Assembly (NCBI GenBank): GCA_004553095.1
Contig: SFMJ01000001.1
Span: forward strand, 1-51,761
Direction of reading: 5' to 3'
From: Bacteroidales bacterium
GTDB lineage: Bacteria; Bacteroidota; Bacteroidia; Bacteroidales; Muribaculaceae
Length of the DNA: 51,761 nt
The notes beneath the pieces are model-generated. The model was not told the DNA's origin. It searched no databases and saw only the letters and a program-made list of their open reading frames with translations. Made by a program: the position numbers and the translations under genes. Numbering within the stretch: position 1 is the stretch's first letter; the number at the start of each line of letters is the position of its first letter. Below, piece after piece: positions 19,465 to 28,463 of the stretch.

Positions 19465-19506
19465 TTTAGTTAATAGTGATTAGTGATTAGATATTAGTTA
19501 ATAGTG
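19465..19506 (-). repeat. Heptamer array (6 x 7 nt) before the scaffold-like gene
   Basis: CACTATT AACTAAT ATCTAAT CACTAAT CACTATT AACTAAA on the minus strand, 10 nt before ATG. Confidence 0.85.
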
Positions 19507-19525
19507 TTTAGCAAATTCCTCATTC

Positions 19526-21688
19526 TCACCATGCAGCCATGCCGGCAGCGGGACGATGATTTATTCTGTAGGGGTTGTCGCCGGCGGAGACTCGTCGTGG
19601 CATATCCATCTCGTGATAGCAGATATGGAGTCCGATGGCTCGAGTCATCAGCAGGTCGTCGTGGCAACCGGCAATCGCCCCATACGAACCATTCTGCCGG
19701 CGTTCGTATGCGAGAAATTCATCCAAGCACATAGGGTCGTGCTCGATATACAGACCTTCACGGATTACCTTCACCAAGGTGGTGATGATCATCGGTTTGG
19801 TGGCGACATTAGTGTGAAATCCATAACGAGAGGGCACCCCTTGCGCCACCTCCTCTTCGCTTCGTCGTCGGGCATATAGATTGGGGTAAATGTCGCGAAG
19901 TCGGTTTAGGATGAAGTTGGATTGATTGCCATCGGTGTCGCGGTCGGGATCTCGAGTCTCCAACGTGTTGCTTTCGATGACCAGGAGTGCATTGTCATAA
20001 TAGGAAGAGACGACAGCCGCACGCCAAGCCAGGAGGTCGAAGTCGGTGTGTCCGCGCCATTGCGCCACCACCTCGGGACCGGAAGCATCGATCATCGGTG
20101 CTCGATCGAAGACCACGATCACCGACCAGTCAGCCTTGGCACTTCTGCCACCCACATCGACCACGGTGACATAGCGATCGCGAATATTCACACCGCAATC
20201 GCGGTCGGGATGTCGCCACACCACCCACCCACCCGAGGCGAGTGATTGGAAGGAGACATCTGCCAAGAGTTGCCGCCGATGTGTCGGAGTCATAAAGGAT
20301 TCCAAGGCATCGTAGTCGTCGACGCGGTTGAACTCACCACGTTCTCCCGGCGCCAGGCATGACTCTCTGAGACGCTCCACCTTATATTTATCGAAGACTC
20401 GAGCACCGGAGTGGACGAAGGCTTCGACATCGTCGGAAGGATATTCCGAGGCCATGAGACCATGGTCGGAATATTTCGATCTCTCGGAGATATACCAAGC
20501 AATCGCCTCGAGAGAAGCCCCTCGTTCGAAGAGCCACCATAGGTATTTGCCTGGTTGCTCGCGGTCGGATGGGGCATTCTCGACATATCTACCCTCGACG
20601 AGACGTCGAGCCAATTCACGCCTCTCCCCCTCGCGGAGGGGGAGGGAGTATTGGTCGATCTCATACCAACTGATGAAGAGTGAGTCAAATTGGGATATGC
20701 CGCGACGAGCCGCCTCATATTCGCGATGGAAGAAATTGCCGGTGCCGTTGGCAGTCGATTCGTAGACGATCATCGTCATGGGGCGCAACAGAAGTCCGGA
20801 GCAGGCTGACTGCAATATCTCTTCGGGAGTCTTGCGGTCGGTTTTCTTCCAGATACCCACCTCCGAGCAGTGGACCAAACTGTAGTCTCCACCACGACAG
20901 GAATGGGGTTTCTCCGCCGTACCAAGTTTGACCTTGCAGTTGCGCGCCGGCACGCGGAACATGGAACGAGTCTTTCCTACCCATTCCACCAACTTCTCAC
21001 CCTTCTTCGGGTGGTCGCCATCGTCATAGAGCAGGTCGACGGGATAGCGTTCGATCATACGGTCGAACATATCTTTGATCTCGTCGCTCGCCACCCCCTG
21101 ATGGGCGATGATTAGAGAGTTGAGACCACGTTGATGCACGAGTTGCAGCCATGCCATGTAAAGTTGGGTACATGTGCTTCCGCCCCATTGTCTGGCCTTT
21201 AGGAGGATCAGACGGATGGGACGATCGGCAAGTCTCATTCTCTCGAAACTCTCCACGAGTTTACGCTGTGGACGGTTAAGCCGGAAGAGCATGTCGTCGC
21301 CCCCCTGCTTATTCTTGATATAAGCACGAGTTGCAGCCCAGTATGGGAAGTCGTGTCGCTGGCGGATGCGGTCGATACGGTCGGCAAGGCGCTGACGGTC
21401 ACGCTGCACGATGGTGCGACGTTCGCGGGCCTCGAGCCAGGCATCGACACTACCATGTCGCAGAAGGGAAGCGATCTCCGGCTCGCTTCGCATCGACTCG
21501 GGGAGCCATGCCGTCGGCAGGCCCTCGACGTCGAAGAGGAAACGCTCGCCGGTGGAGTTTAGCCCGCTCACCGGGTCGAAGGGGGCACCTATCTTTGCCA
21601 TGCGTAGAGCATCCTCGGCGAGGACACGTTCCACTTCGTCGAGCATCTCCGGGTCGGGTATCTGTTGATTGTCAAATATTGATGTCAT
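19526..21688 (-). CDS. Phage terminase large subunit
   Basis: Walker A LLKARQWGGST, Walker B HCSEVG, coupling motif YESTANG, nuclease motifs VVDVGG and HDDLLM. Confidence 0.92.
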   Translation of the reverse strand: MTSIFDNQQIPDPEMLDEVERVLAEDALRMAKIGAPFDPVSGLNSTGERFLFDVEGLPTAWLPESMRSEPEIASLLRHGSVDAWLEARERRTIVQRDRQRLADRIDRIRQRHDFPYWAATRAYIKNKQGGDDMLFRLNRPQRKLVESFERMRLADRPIRLILLKARQWGGSTCTQLYMAWLQLVHQRGLNSLIIAHQGVASDEIKDMFDRMIERYPVDLLYDDGDHPKKGEKLVEWVGKTRSMFRVPARNCKVKLGTAEKPHSCRGGDYSLVHCSEVGIWKKTDRKTPEEILQSACSGLLLRPMTMIVYESTANGTGNFFHREYEAARRGISQFDSLFISWYEIDQYSLPLREGERRELARRLVEGRYVENAPSDREQPGKYLWWLFERGASLEAIAWYISERSKYSDHGLMASEYPSDDVEAFVHSGARVFDKYKVERLRESCLAPGERGEFNRVDDYDALESFMTPTHRRQLLADVSFQSLASGGWVVWRHPDRDCGVNIRDRYVTVVDVGGRSAKADWSVIVVFDRAPMIDASGPEVVAQWRGHTDFDLLAWRAAVVSSYYDNALLVIESNTLETRDPDRDTDGNQSNFILNRLRDIYPNLYARRRSEEEVAQGVPSRYGFHTNVATKPMIITTLVKVIREGLYIEHDPMCLDEFLAYERRQNGSYGAIAGCHDDLLMTRAIGLHICYHEMDMPRRVSAGDNPYRINHRPAAGMAAW

Positions 21689-21728
21689 GTCGGTAATAGT
21701 GTTTGCAGTTGGAGGAATAGTGAGATGG

Positions 21729-22145
21729 TTAGATGGCTTGAAGGTGGCGTCGGCATTTTCGCGTGCGATAGATGATGCAGCGTGCCGATTCGTCGGTGAG
21801 GTAAAATTCGGGGGCCTCTTGATAGATCACTTCGCAGCATGCGGCAAGAAGTGTCATGTCGGGATGGTGTGCCAATAGCCTCTTGACACGTCGCGTAATC
21901 TCTTCATACATCTCGCGACGCTTCTGATTTATCCTCCCTAAGGGACGCCCTTGCAACATCGCCGAGACCACGATGGCGGCTCTATGCTCACTCACCCAGA
22001 AACGTGAAGAGGGACGCGAGGCTGCCATGCCAAACATATCCCGGAGCGCCACACCTCGCGAGGTGCGGAGGATATCCATAAAGTGACGATGCAACTCCCG
22101 GTTGCGATCATCGGTAAAATCTGATGTGCTGCCCTGTTTCTTCAT
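21729..22145 (-). CDS. Basic helical phage protein upstream of terminase (small terminase or regulator candidate)
   Basis: 138 aa, Arg-rich, RFWVSE..A and APEFYLT motifs; first gene of module A. Confidence 0.55.
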   Translation of the reverse strand: MKKQGSTSDFTDDRNRELHRHFMDILRTSRGVALRDMFGMAASRPSSRFWVSEHRAAIVVSAMLQGRPLGRINQKRREMYEEITRRVKRLLAHHPDMTLLAACCEVIYQEAPEFYLTDESARCIIYRTRKCRRHLQAI

Positions 22146-22333
22146 AATAAAATCTTTTTAGTAACGAGGGATCCGACTTCGGCGAAGACCCGATGCCGGA
22201 TTCCCCTTAATGATATAAATTGTAAGTGTAAAGATGTGTGGAATAAGGTATTTCAGATCATTCTTATTCTATATTCAGCGAGTTATCATGACACCTATCG
22301 ATGAAAAGTAAGGATAGAACCTTTGATAACACG

Positions 22334-22346
22334 CTGCAAAATTAGC
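22334..22346 (-). promoter_or_regulatory. -7 promoter element of module A
   Basis: GCTAATTTTGCAG on the minus strand (TAnnTTTG), identical to 31433-31445. Confidence 0.6.
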
Positions 22347-22410
22347 AAATCAGACTGCTACTTCTTGGCAGAGTTAAACTAATATTTGTAAAAGGTTGTT
22401 AATAGGTGTG

Positions 22411-22431
22411 AATTTAAGGAACGCACTCTAA
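22411..22431 (-). repeat. IS-end-like motif at the 5' edge of module A
   Basis: Reverse complement TTAGAGTGCGTTCCTTAAATT. Confidence 0.75.
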
Positions 22432-22477
22432 ATAAACTCCGGGGTAAGAGTAGTAAAGAGACAAACCGGTAATAACG

Positions 22478-22511
22478 AAAAAAAGAGACGCATCACTGTG
22501 TCTCTTTTTTT
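22478..22511. terminator. Bidirectional intrinsic terminator
   Basis: A7-GAGACGCA-tcac-TGTGTCTC-T7. Confidence 0.8.
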
Positions 22512-22727
22512 CCGATCGACCTCAAAATCCTTCGAAGTGCGACCGTGTGTCCTAATTCTAATTGATTAAACTATTAATCCATAACTTTACTAATGCAACA
22601 ATAATTTGTCAATGAAACGATATATACGATATACTTTTTGTCTATGAATATCATTCTGTCATCTCCTTTTTGGGGAGGACTACCAGACAACCGGGATAAG
22701 GAGTAAATACACCTCAGCACCGATTTT
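22478..22727 (-). ncRNA. Candidate sRNA or small-ORF transcript of about 250 nt
   Basis: Minus-strand promoter TTTG (22765-22762)-N21-TATCTTTG (22740-22733), terminator at 22478-22511, no long ORF between. Confidence 0.4.
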
Positions 22728-22980
22728 CTTTGCAAAGATACTCAATATTTTTGATTATTTCCAAACATTCTTCCTTTTTTAACATTTCTTTTTTTAAGAT
22801 GTGTTAAAGGAATTGATATTTTGGTCTTTTCAGCCCCTGTTTTGTACGATATCACCCTTTTTGGAATCCTTTCTTGGTCTTTTTAGGAGAAGAGCAATTC
22901 TTTCCCACGCGTTTTGCCTTAAAAGTATGTTAATTTATATGTATAGGGCTTTATTTAACACTATTATACTCAATACTTTG

Positions 22981-23769
22981 TTACTTTTCGCGGTATTGGC
23001 GGATTACTTGGTCAAGCCAGTCGATGCGAGTATCGACATGTTTGGTGCGTTCGATAGCCACGGGCACTACGGAGATGATGCCATGAGCCAATGCCCATTC
23101 GTCGGTCTCAGTGTTGTCCGGTTCCATGTTTTCATATTTGCCGGTGATCCAGTAGAATTTACGACCGAAGGGGTCTGTATATTCTTTGAATTCGTCATTC
23201 CAACGACCGTTGCAGGGGTCGCAAACCTTCATTTCCGCCGGGACACCCTGGATGTTGGGGACGTTTACATTCAGACACACACCTGAGGGCAATCCCTTTT
23301 CCAACACTGCTCGGGTCATCAGGTCGACAGCTCTCAGACAGGGGGTAAAGTCGGCATTGGGCGAGTGGTCGGTGATCGAAAAACCGATTGAAGGAATTCC
23401 GAAGGCGGCTCCCTCCATGACTGCACCCATAGTGCCGCTATAGAGCACATTGATCGCAGAGTTTGAGCCATGATTGATGCCTGCCACCACGATGTCGGGA
23501 CGGCGATCCAAGACATGATACATCGCCAACTTGATGCAGTCTACCGGTGTACCGGTGGTGCTAAACATCTTCGCGCCCTTGTAGTCAGGGAGTTGGTTGA
23601 TGTATAGGGGCTGGTTGATGGTGATAGCCATCGATTTTCCCGATTGAGGATATTGCGGGCAGACAGCCACCACATCACCGATCTCGACAAGACGCTCTAT
23701 CAGCACATGAACGCCAAGTGCCTGGTATGAATCGTCGTTACTCACGAGTATTAAAGGTCGTTTTCCCAT
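22981..23769 (-). CDS. surE: 5'/3'-nucleotidase SurE
   Basis: ILVSNDD, GTPVDC, GINHGSN and YSGTMGA motifs. Confidence 0.95.
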   Translation of the reverse strand: MGKRPLILVSNDDSYQALGVHVLIERLVEIGDVVAVCPQYPQSGKSMAITINQPLYINQLPDYKGAKMFSTTGTPVDCIKLAMYHVLDRRPDIVVAGINHGSNSAINVLYSGTMGAVMEGAAFGIPSIGFSITDHSPNADFTPCLRAVDLMTRAVLEKGLPSGVCLNVNVPNIQGVPAEMKVCDPCNGRWNDEFKEYTDPFGRKFYWITGKYENMEPDNTETDEWALAHGIISVVPVAIERTKHVDTRIDWLDQVIRQYREK

Positions 23770-23776
23770 ATCTTTT

Positions 23777-23820
23777 CTATATTATATATTCCTAATTCCT
23801 ATATTATATATTCCTAATTC
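23777..23820. repeat. 22-bp tandem duplication
   Basis: (CTATATTATATATTCCTAATTC)x2 between the GT2 gene and surE. Confidence 0.85.
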
Positions 23821-23834
23821 CTATCTTCTAATTT

Positions 23835-24845
23835 CTAATTCTTACTTACCATAATTCTCTTTTTGCGCAATATGTATCTTGCCAGGATGGCGCTATGGTT
23901 GGCGCCGGGGAGTGTTAGCAGCACATCTTTTTTGGCAGATTCGGGATATTCCTGACGCATCTGACGGAAGTCATGATGAGCGCGGATGATGGCTCGCATG
24001 TTGGCGATATCCCCTTTGATCAGATACATCACTATGGCGAGGGTGTCGGCAAGTCTACGTCGGAAGAGCAGTTTTTGTCGGGTCTTGCCGGTAAGGTTCT
24101 TATGCAGCAAGAGGAGGTTGTTGCGGAAGTTAAGGTAGGTTTTGCGTGGATCGCCCTGTTTCAGGGATGCTCCGCCGACATGATATACAGCCGAGTCGGA
24201 GAGGGCACACACGCGATAACCGGCGTTGTGAACGCGGCAACAGAGGTCGATTTCCTCCATGTGGGCGAAAAATTTCGGGTCGAGTCCTCCGAGGCGATTG
24301 TAGAGTTCGGCAGGCATAGTCAGACAAGCCCCCGAAGCCCATGCCACATCCACCGGGTCACCATCATATTGTCCTTCATCTTTCTCCACGACGTCGAAGA
24401 GCCTTCCTCGGCAGTAGGGATAGCCCAAGCAATCGAGATAGCCCCCTGCCGCACCGGCATATTCGAATCGGCTCTTATCATTATAACTCAAGATCTTGGG
24501 CTGGATTGCCCCCACATCGGGATTATCCTTAATAAATTCCAATAGAGGTTTCCACCATTCGGGAGTCACTTCAACGTCGGAGTTCAGGAGGGTGACGTAG
24601 GGATAGTTGACCTGTGAGATAACTCGGTTGTAACCCTCTGCAAAACCGAAGTTCTCGCCCAGTTCGATGACTTTGACTTCGGGGTGATTTGTGCGAAGCC
24701 ATGTCACAGACTCATCGTCCGAGCCATTGTCGGCGACGATAAGGTCGACTCGGTCACAGACGGTATGGCGCGAGGCGGTGGGGATGAAATTCTTGAGGAG
24801 GTCGATCCCGTTCCAGTTCAATATTATTACACCTAATTCTTTCAT
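23835..24845 (-). CDS. Glycosyltransferase family 2
   Basis: IILNWNG, VADNGS, GFAEGYN, LLNSD and FFAHMEEIDLC motifs. Confidence 0.92.
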   Translation of the reverse strand: MKELGVIILNWNGIDLLKNFIPTASRHTVCDRVDLIVADNGSDDESVTWLRTNHPEVKVIELGENFGFAEGYNRVISQVNYPYVTLLNSDVEVTPEWWKPLLEFIKDNPDVGAIQPKILSYNDKSRFEYAGAAGGYLDCLGYPYCRGRLFDVVEKDEGQYDGDPVDVAWASGACLTMPAELYNRLGGLDPKFFAHMEEIDLCCRVHNAGYRVCALSDSAVYHVGGASLKQGDPRKTYLNFRNNLLLLHKNLTGKTRQKLLFRRRLADTLAIVMYLIKGDIANMRAIIRAHHDFRQMRQEYPESAKKDVLLTLPGANHSAILARYILRKKRIMVSKN

Positions 24846-24860
24846 GTGGATGCCTATATT

Positions 24861-26138
24861 TTATTGTTCGGCAGAGATATTGTCATCGCTCAGAATGACT
24901 TCGGTGACATGATTGACCAATGCCGGGTCGTAGTCAGTTTCGACGCGGATATAGTTTTCGGTAAAGCCATGCATTTTGCCAGCTGCGTGGGTGGGTTGCT
25001 CCCAGAGCACACGACCTATGGTGCCGATATGTCGTCGGAGGAATTGGGCATGTTTTTCGCCGGAGATTTCTATCAGTTGGGCGGCGCGATGATGTTTATC
25101 TTCTTGGCTCACTTTATCGCCGAGGAGGAGAGCCTTGGTGCCGGGGCGCTCGGAGTATGGGAAGACATGGAGTTGGTTTACATCGAGGCTACGTGCAAAT
25201 TCGCGGCTTTTCTCCCACTCTTCGGGAGTTTCGCCGCGGGCTCCGGCTATGATATCGACGCCGATGAATGCATCGGGGATAACTTGGCGTATATGAGAGA
25301 TGCGGTCGCTGAAGAGGGAGGTATCGTAGCGACGGTTCATCAATTTGAGCACGCGGTCGGAACCCGACTGCAGGGGTATATGGAAGTGTGGCATAAATCG
25401 CTTGGACTCGGCGGCGATCCAGTCGATGATCTCATGCGTGATGAGGTTTGGCTCTATAGATGAGATTCGGTAGCGTTCGATGCCCTCTACGCGGTCTAAG
25501 GCTTTGAGGAGGTCGAAGAATTTCTCGCCGGTGTCGCGACCGAAGTCGCCGATGTTCACTCCGGTTATGACTATTTCCTTGCCACCTTCGGCGGCAACCT
25601 CTTCCGCCAGTTTGACGATTTCGCTGATCTTGCCGGAGCGGGAGCGACCGCGGGCGTAGGGTATGGTGCAGTAGGTGCAGTAGTAGTCGCACCCATCTTG
25701 CACTTTCAGGAAATAGCGAGTGCGGTCACCTCGCTCGCAGGAGGGCATAAATTCCTTGATCTCCAACGAGGGGGTTACCTCGACTTGAATGCAGCGGGTC
25801 TTGAACCATCGGTCCAAGTATTGGAGGATGCGCAATTTTTCGTTAGATCCCAACACGATGTCGACACCGGGCAGACTTACCACTTCGTCGGGTTTGAGTT
25901 GGGCATAGCAACCGGTCACGACGATGGTAGCCTCGGGCGATTGCCGCGAGAGTTTACGCACGAGTTGGCGACCCTTCTTATCTGCCATCTCAGTCACCGA
26001 ACAGGTGTTGATCACGATGATATCGGGGTCTTCACCCTCCTCGGCGCGGGTGATACCCCGAGAGGCGAGCATCTTGCCAATGGTAGAAGTCTCCGAAAAA
26101 TTGAGTTTACACCCAAGAGTATAATACGCTGCTTTCAA
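24861..26138 (-). CDS. mtaB: tRNA t6A37 methylthiotransferase
   Basis: TLGCKLNFSET, NTCSVT and LKVQDGCDYYCTYC; TTG start. Confidence 0.93.
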   Translation of the reverse strand: MKAAYYTLGCKLNFSETSTIGKMLASRGITRAEEGEDPDIIVINTCSVTEMADKKGRQLVRKLSRQSPEATIVVTGCYAQLKPDEVVSLPGVDIVLGSNEKLRILQYLDRWFKTRCIQVEVTPSLEIKEFMPSCERGDRTRYFLKVQDGCDYYCTYCTIPYARGRSRSGKISEIVKLAEEVAAEGGKEIVITGVNIGDFGRDTGEKFFDLLKALDRVEGIERYRISSIEPNLITHEIIDWIAAESKRFMPHFHIPLQSGSDRVLKLMNRRYDTSLFSDRISHIRQVIPDAFIGVDIIAGARGETPEEWEKSREFARSLDVNQLHVFPYSERPGTKALLLGDKVSQEDKHHRAAQLIEISGEKHAQFLRRHIGTIGRVLWEQPTHAAGKMHGFTENYIRVETDYDPALVNHVTEVILSDDNISAEQ

Positions 26139-26384
26139 TTCCGCTTAATTTAATAATGTCATTCACCAAATGAACACACTCATATAATAATGAGAGCATA
26201 TGATAATGAGAGCACATGTCTTTTTAATAGAAGGCGACCCTTCTAATACAAAAGAGACGACCCAAACAAAAAAGATTACTTCCAAACTGCAAAGATAATG
26301 CAAAATCCCGAAATGCCGAAAGCCCACCCACCAAAATCGCAAAAAATAAACATCCGATCCCGATATCCAACAGCAGCATCTTGG

Positions 26385-26397
26385 TTAGAGCGCGTTC
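26385..26397 (+). repeat. Short IS-end-like motif
   Basis: TTAGAGCGCGTTC. Confidence 0.65.
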
Positions 26398-26574
26398 ATC
26401 AGATGAGTATTCTTGAAAGCGAAGATACAATAAACCGGAATATGTTAAAGTAATCGCAACCGGCTTCAAAATTTTTAAAAAAAAATATCATTTTGTATTT
26501 ACTTGAAAATTAGAGTCTTGTCGTTATTTTGGGCTGAATGATGAAAAATTTTTGAAAAATATTTTGGTGAAAAA

Positions 26575-26606
26575 TTTGGTGGTTTCGATTTTTTGCTATA
26601 ACTTTG
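26575..26606 (+). promoter_or_regulatory. Promoter of tRNA-Asp
   Basis: TTTG-N20-TAACTTTG. Confidence 0.8.
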
Positions 26607-26657
26607 CACTCGCAATCGGGAATGATACCGAGAGCAAATGACAAAAGACCTTCAAAT

Positions 26658-26731
26658 GGTGCGGTAGTTCAGCTGGTTAGAATACATGCCTGTCACGCAT
26701 GGGGTCGCGGGTTCGAGTCCCGTCCGCACCG
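26658..26731 (+). tRNA. tRNA-Asp(GTC)
   Basis: GGTGCGG/CCGCACC acceptor stem, CATGC-CTGTCAC-GCATG anticodon arm, GTTCGAGTC T-loop; CCA not encoded. Confidence 0.97.
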
Positions 26732-26744
26732 CCGAGGAGAGAGG

Positions 26745-26786
26745 AAGATCAGCAGCGTAAACTTCGGTTTCCTGCTGATCTTTTTT
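26745..26786 (+). terminator. Terminator after tRNA-Asp
   Basis: AAGATCAGCAG...CTGCTGATCTTTTTT. Confidence 0.8.
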
Positions 26787-26873
26787 CGTATCGACATACT
26801 ACGTATTTACATCCACCCTACCCTCTCTTTACCCTCCAGATATACCTTTTATCCAACCATTTGCGCTTAGCTT

Positions 26874-27323
26874 ATGTATTTCGCTATTATCAATGGTCCG
26901 AACTTGAATCTTCTGGGCAAGCGTCAGCCCGAGATTTATGGTTCATCTACATTTGAAGACACCCTCACCCGGCTGCGTGGCGATCTTTCAGACTATGAAA
27001 TCAAATACTCGCAGTCAAACAGCGAGGGAGAAATCATCGATATGATCCAGAATTACGGCTTCGACTCCGATTGCCTCGGCATCGTCATCAACCCCGGAGC
27101 CTACGCTCATTATTCCCACGCGATCGCCGATGCCATCGAGGCTGTGCCCGCGCCGGTGGTGGAAGTGCACATCTCCAACATCTACGCCCGCGAGGAGTTC
27201 CGCCATACCTCCGTGACCGCCCGCGCCTCCAAGTCTATCATCTCCGGATGCGGTCGCGACGGATACCTCTTGGCACTCCTTTACCTCACCCGTCTATTCC
27301 TCTCCAACTCGAACCCCAAGTGA
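26874..27323 (+). CDS. aroQ: Type II 3-dehydroquinate dehydratase
   Basis: INGPNLNLLGKRQPEIYG, NPGAYAH and VEVHISNI..REEFRH motifs. Confidence 0.96.
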   Translation: MYFAIINGPNLNLLGKRQPEIYGSSTFEDTLTRLRGDLSDYEIKYSQSNSEGEIIDMIQNYGFDSDCLGIVINPGAYAHYSHAIADAIEAVPAPVVEVHISNIYAREEFRHTSVTARASKSIISGCGRDGYLLALLYLTRLFLSNSNPK

Positions 27324-27335
27324 CGATACGCGGCA

Positions 27336-27977
27336 ATGAATCAGGACATATTCAATTATATCGAAAGACATATCGACCCGCACCCCGATAACCTCCACCG
27401 CCTCGAGCGTGCCACCAATATCCACCTGATAAATGGCCGAATGTGCTCAGGCCACCTCCAGGGACGGCTCCTCAAGATGCTTACCGCCATGATCCGCCCC
27501 AAACGAGTGCTCGAACTCGGCACCTTCTCCGGCTATTCCGCACTCTGCATCGCCGAAGGACTCGAGCCTGATGCCCATCTCGACACAATCGAATTCGACG
27601 ACGAACTCGAAGACTTCATCCGCGAGGCCTTCACCGATTCCCCCTACGGTGGAAGAATATCACTCCATATCGCCGACGCTATGATATGGATCGCCGACCG
27701 AGCAGATGCATCATACGATATGATATTTCTCGATGCCGACAAACGCCGCTATCCCGAATATTATATCCACTGCAAACGACTCCTGACACCCGGCGGTTAT
27801 CTCATCGCCGACAATACCCTTTGGGATGGTCATGTGGTCGAACCCGACCACCTCTCCGACCCGCAGACCGCCGCTATCTGTCGGTTCAACGACATGGTGG
27901 CTGCCGACCCCGATGTCGAAAAGATAATCATCCCTCTCCGCGACGGACTCACACTGATCCGCAAAATAAAAAACTAA
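27336..27977 (+). CDS. SAM-dependent O-methyltransferase (TrmR/caffeoyl-CoA OMT family)
   Basis: LELGTFSGYSA, FLDADK, ADNTLWDG and PLRDGL motifs. Confidence 0.9.
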   Translation: MNQDIFNYIERHIDPHPDNLHRLERATNIHLINGRMCSGHLQGRLLKMLTAMIRPKRVLELGTFSGYSALCIAEGLEPDAHLDTIEFDDELEDFIREAFTDSPYGGRISLHIADAMIWIADRADASYDMIFLDADKRRYPEYYIHCKRLLTPGGYLIADNTLWDGHVVEPDHLSDPQTAAICRFNDMVAADPDVEKIIIPLRDGLTLIRKIKN

Positions 27978-28023
27978 ACTAAATCTTTCATTCATTACAA
28001 TAACTTTTCTTAAAACTAACTAT

Positions 28024-28407
28024 ATGGAAGGTAAACGCCAAGCCAAAATAGCAAGACTACTTCAAAAAGAATTGAGCGAGATATTTCGCCGCCAAACCGC
28101 CCGCATGGGTAATGTGCTCGTATCGGTGAGCACGGTGCGAGTATCTCCCGACCTGAGCATCGCTCGTGTCTATCTCAGCATCTTCCCCTCCGAAAGAGCT
28201 GAGGAGATCCTCAACAACATCAAGAGCCAGACCCGCACCTGTCGTTATGAGTTGGCACAAGCCGTTAAGACGACCCTTCGCAAGTGTCCCGACCTGAGTT
28301 TCTTCCTCGATGATTCCCTCGACTATGTCGAGAACATCGACCGAATTCTCGCCGCAGACCCCCATCTTCATGACGAGCCACTCAGCGACGATGCTTTCGA
28401 CGACTGA
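28024..28407 (+). CDS. rbfA: Ribosome-binding factor A
   Basis: RQAKIARLLQKEL, VRVSPDLSIARVYLS and PDLSFFLDDSL. Confidence 0.95.
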   Translation: MEGKRQAKIARLLQKELSEIFRRQTARMGNVLVSVSTVRVSPDLSIARVYLSIFPSERAEEILNNIKSQTRTCRYELAQAVKTTLRKCPDLSFFLDDSLDYVENIDRILAADPHLHDEPLSDDAFDD

Positions 28408-28463
28408 TCGACCAACGGCCAACCGATCATTCTAAACGAATTAACCCACCATAGACACAGAGT

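Noticed and set aside
22801..23286. 161-aa plus-strand ORF
   Set aside because: Largely antisense to surE, starts in AT-rich DNA, and has no recognisable motif
26658..26731. tRNA-Asp as a prophage attachment site
   Set aside because: No duplicate of its 3' end was seen in the window, and it is flanked by core genes
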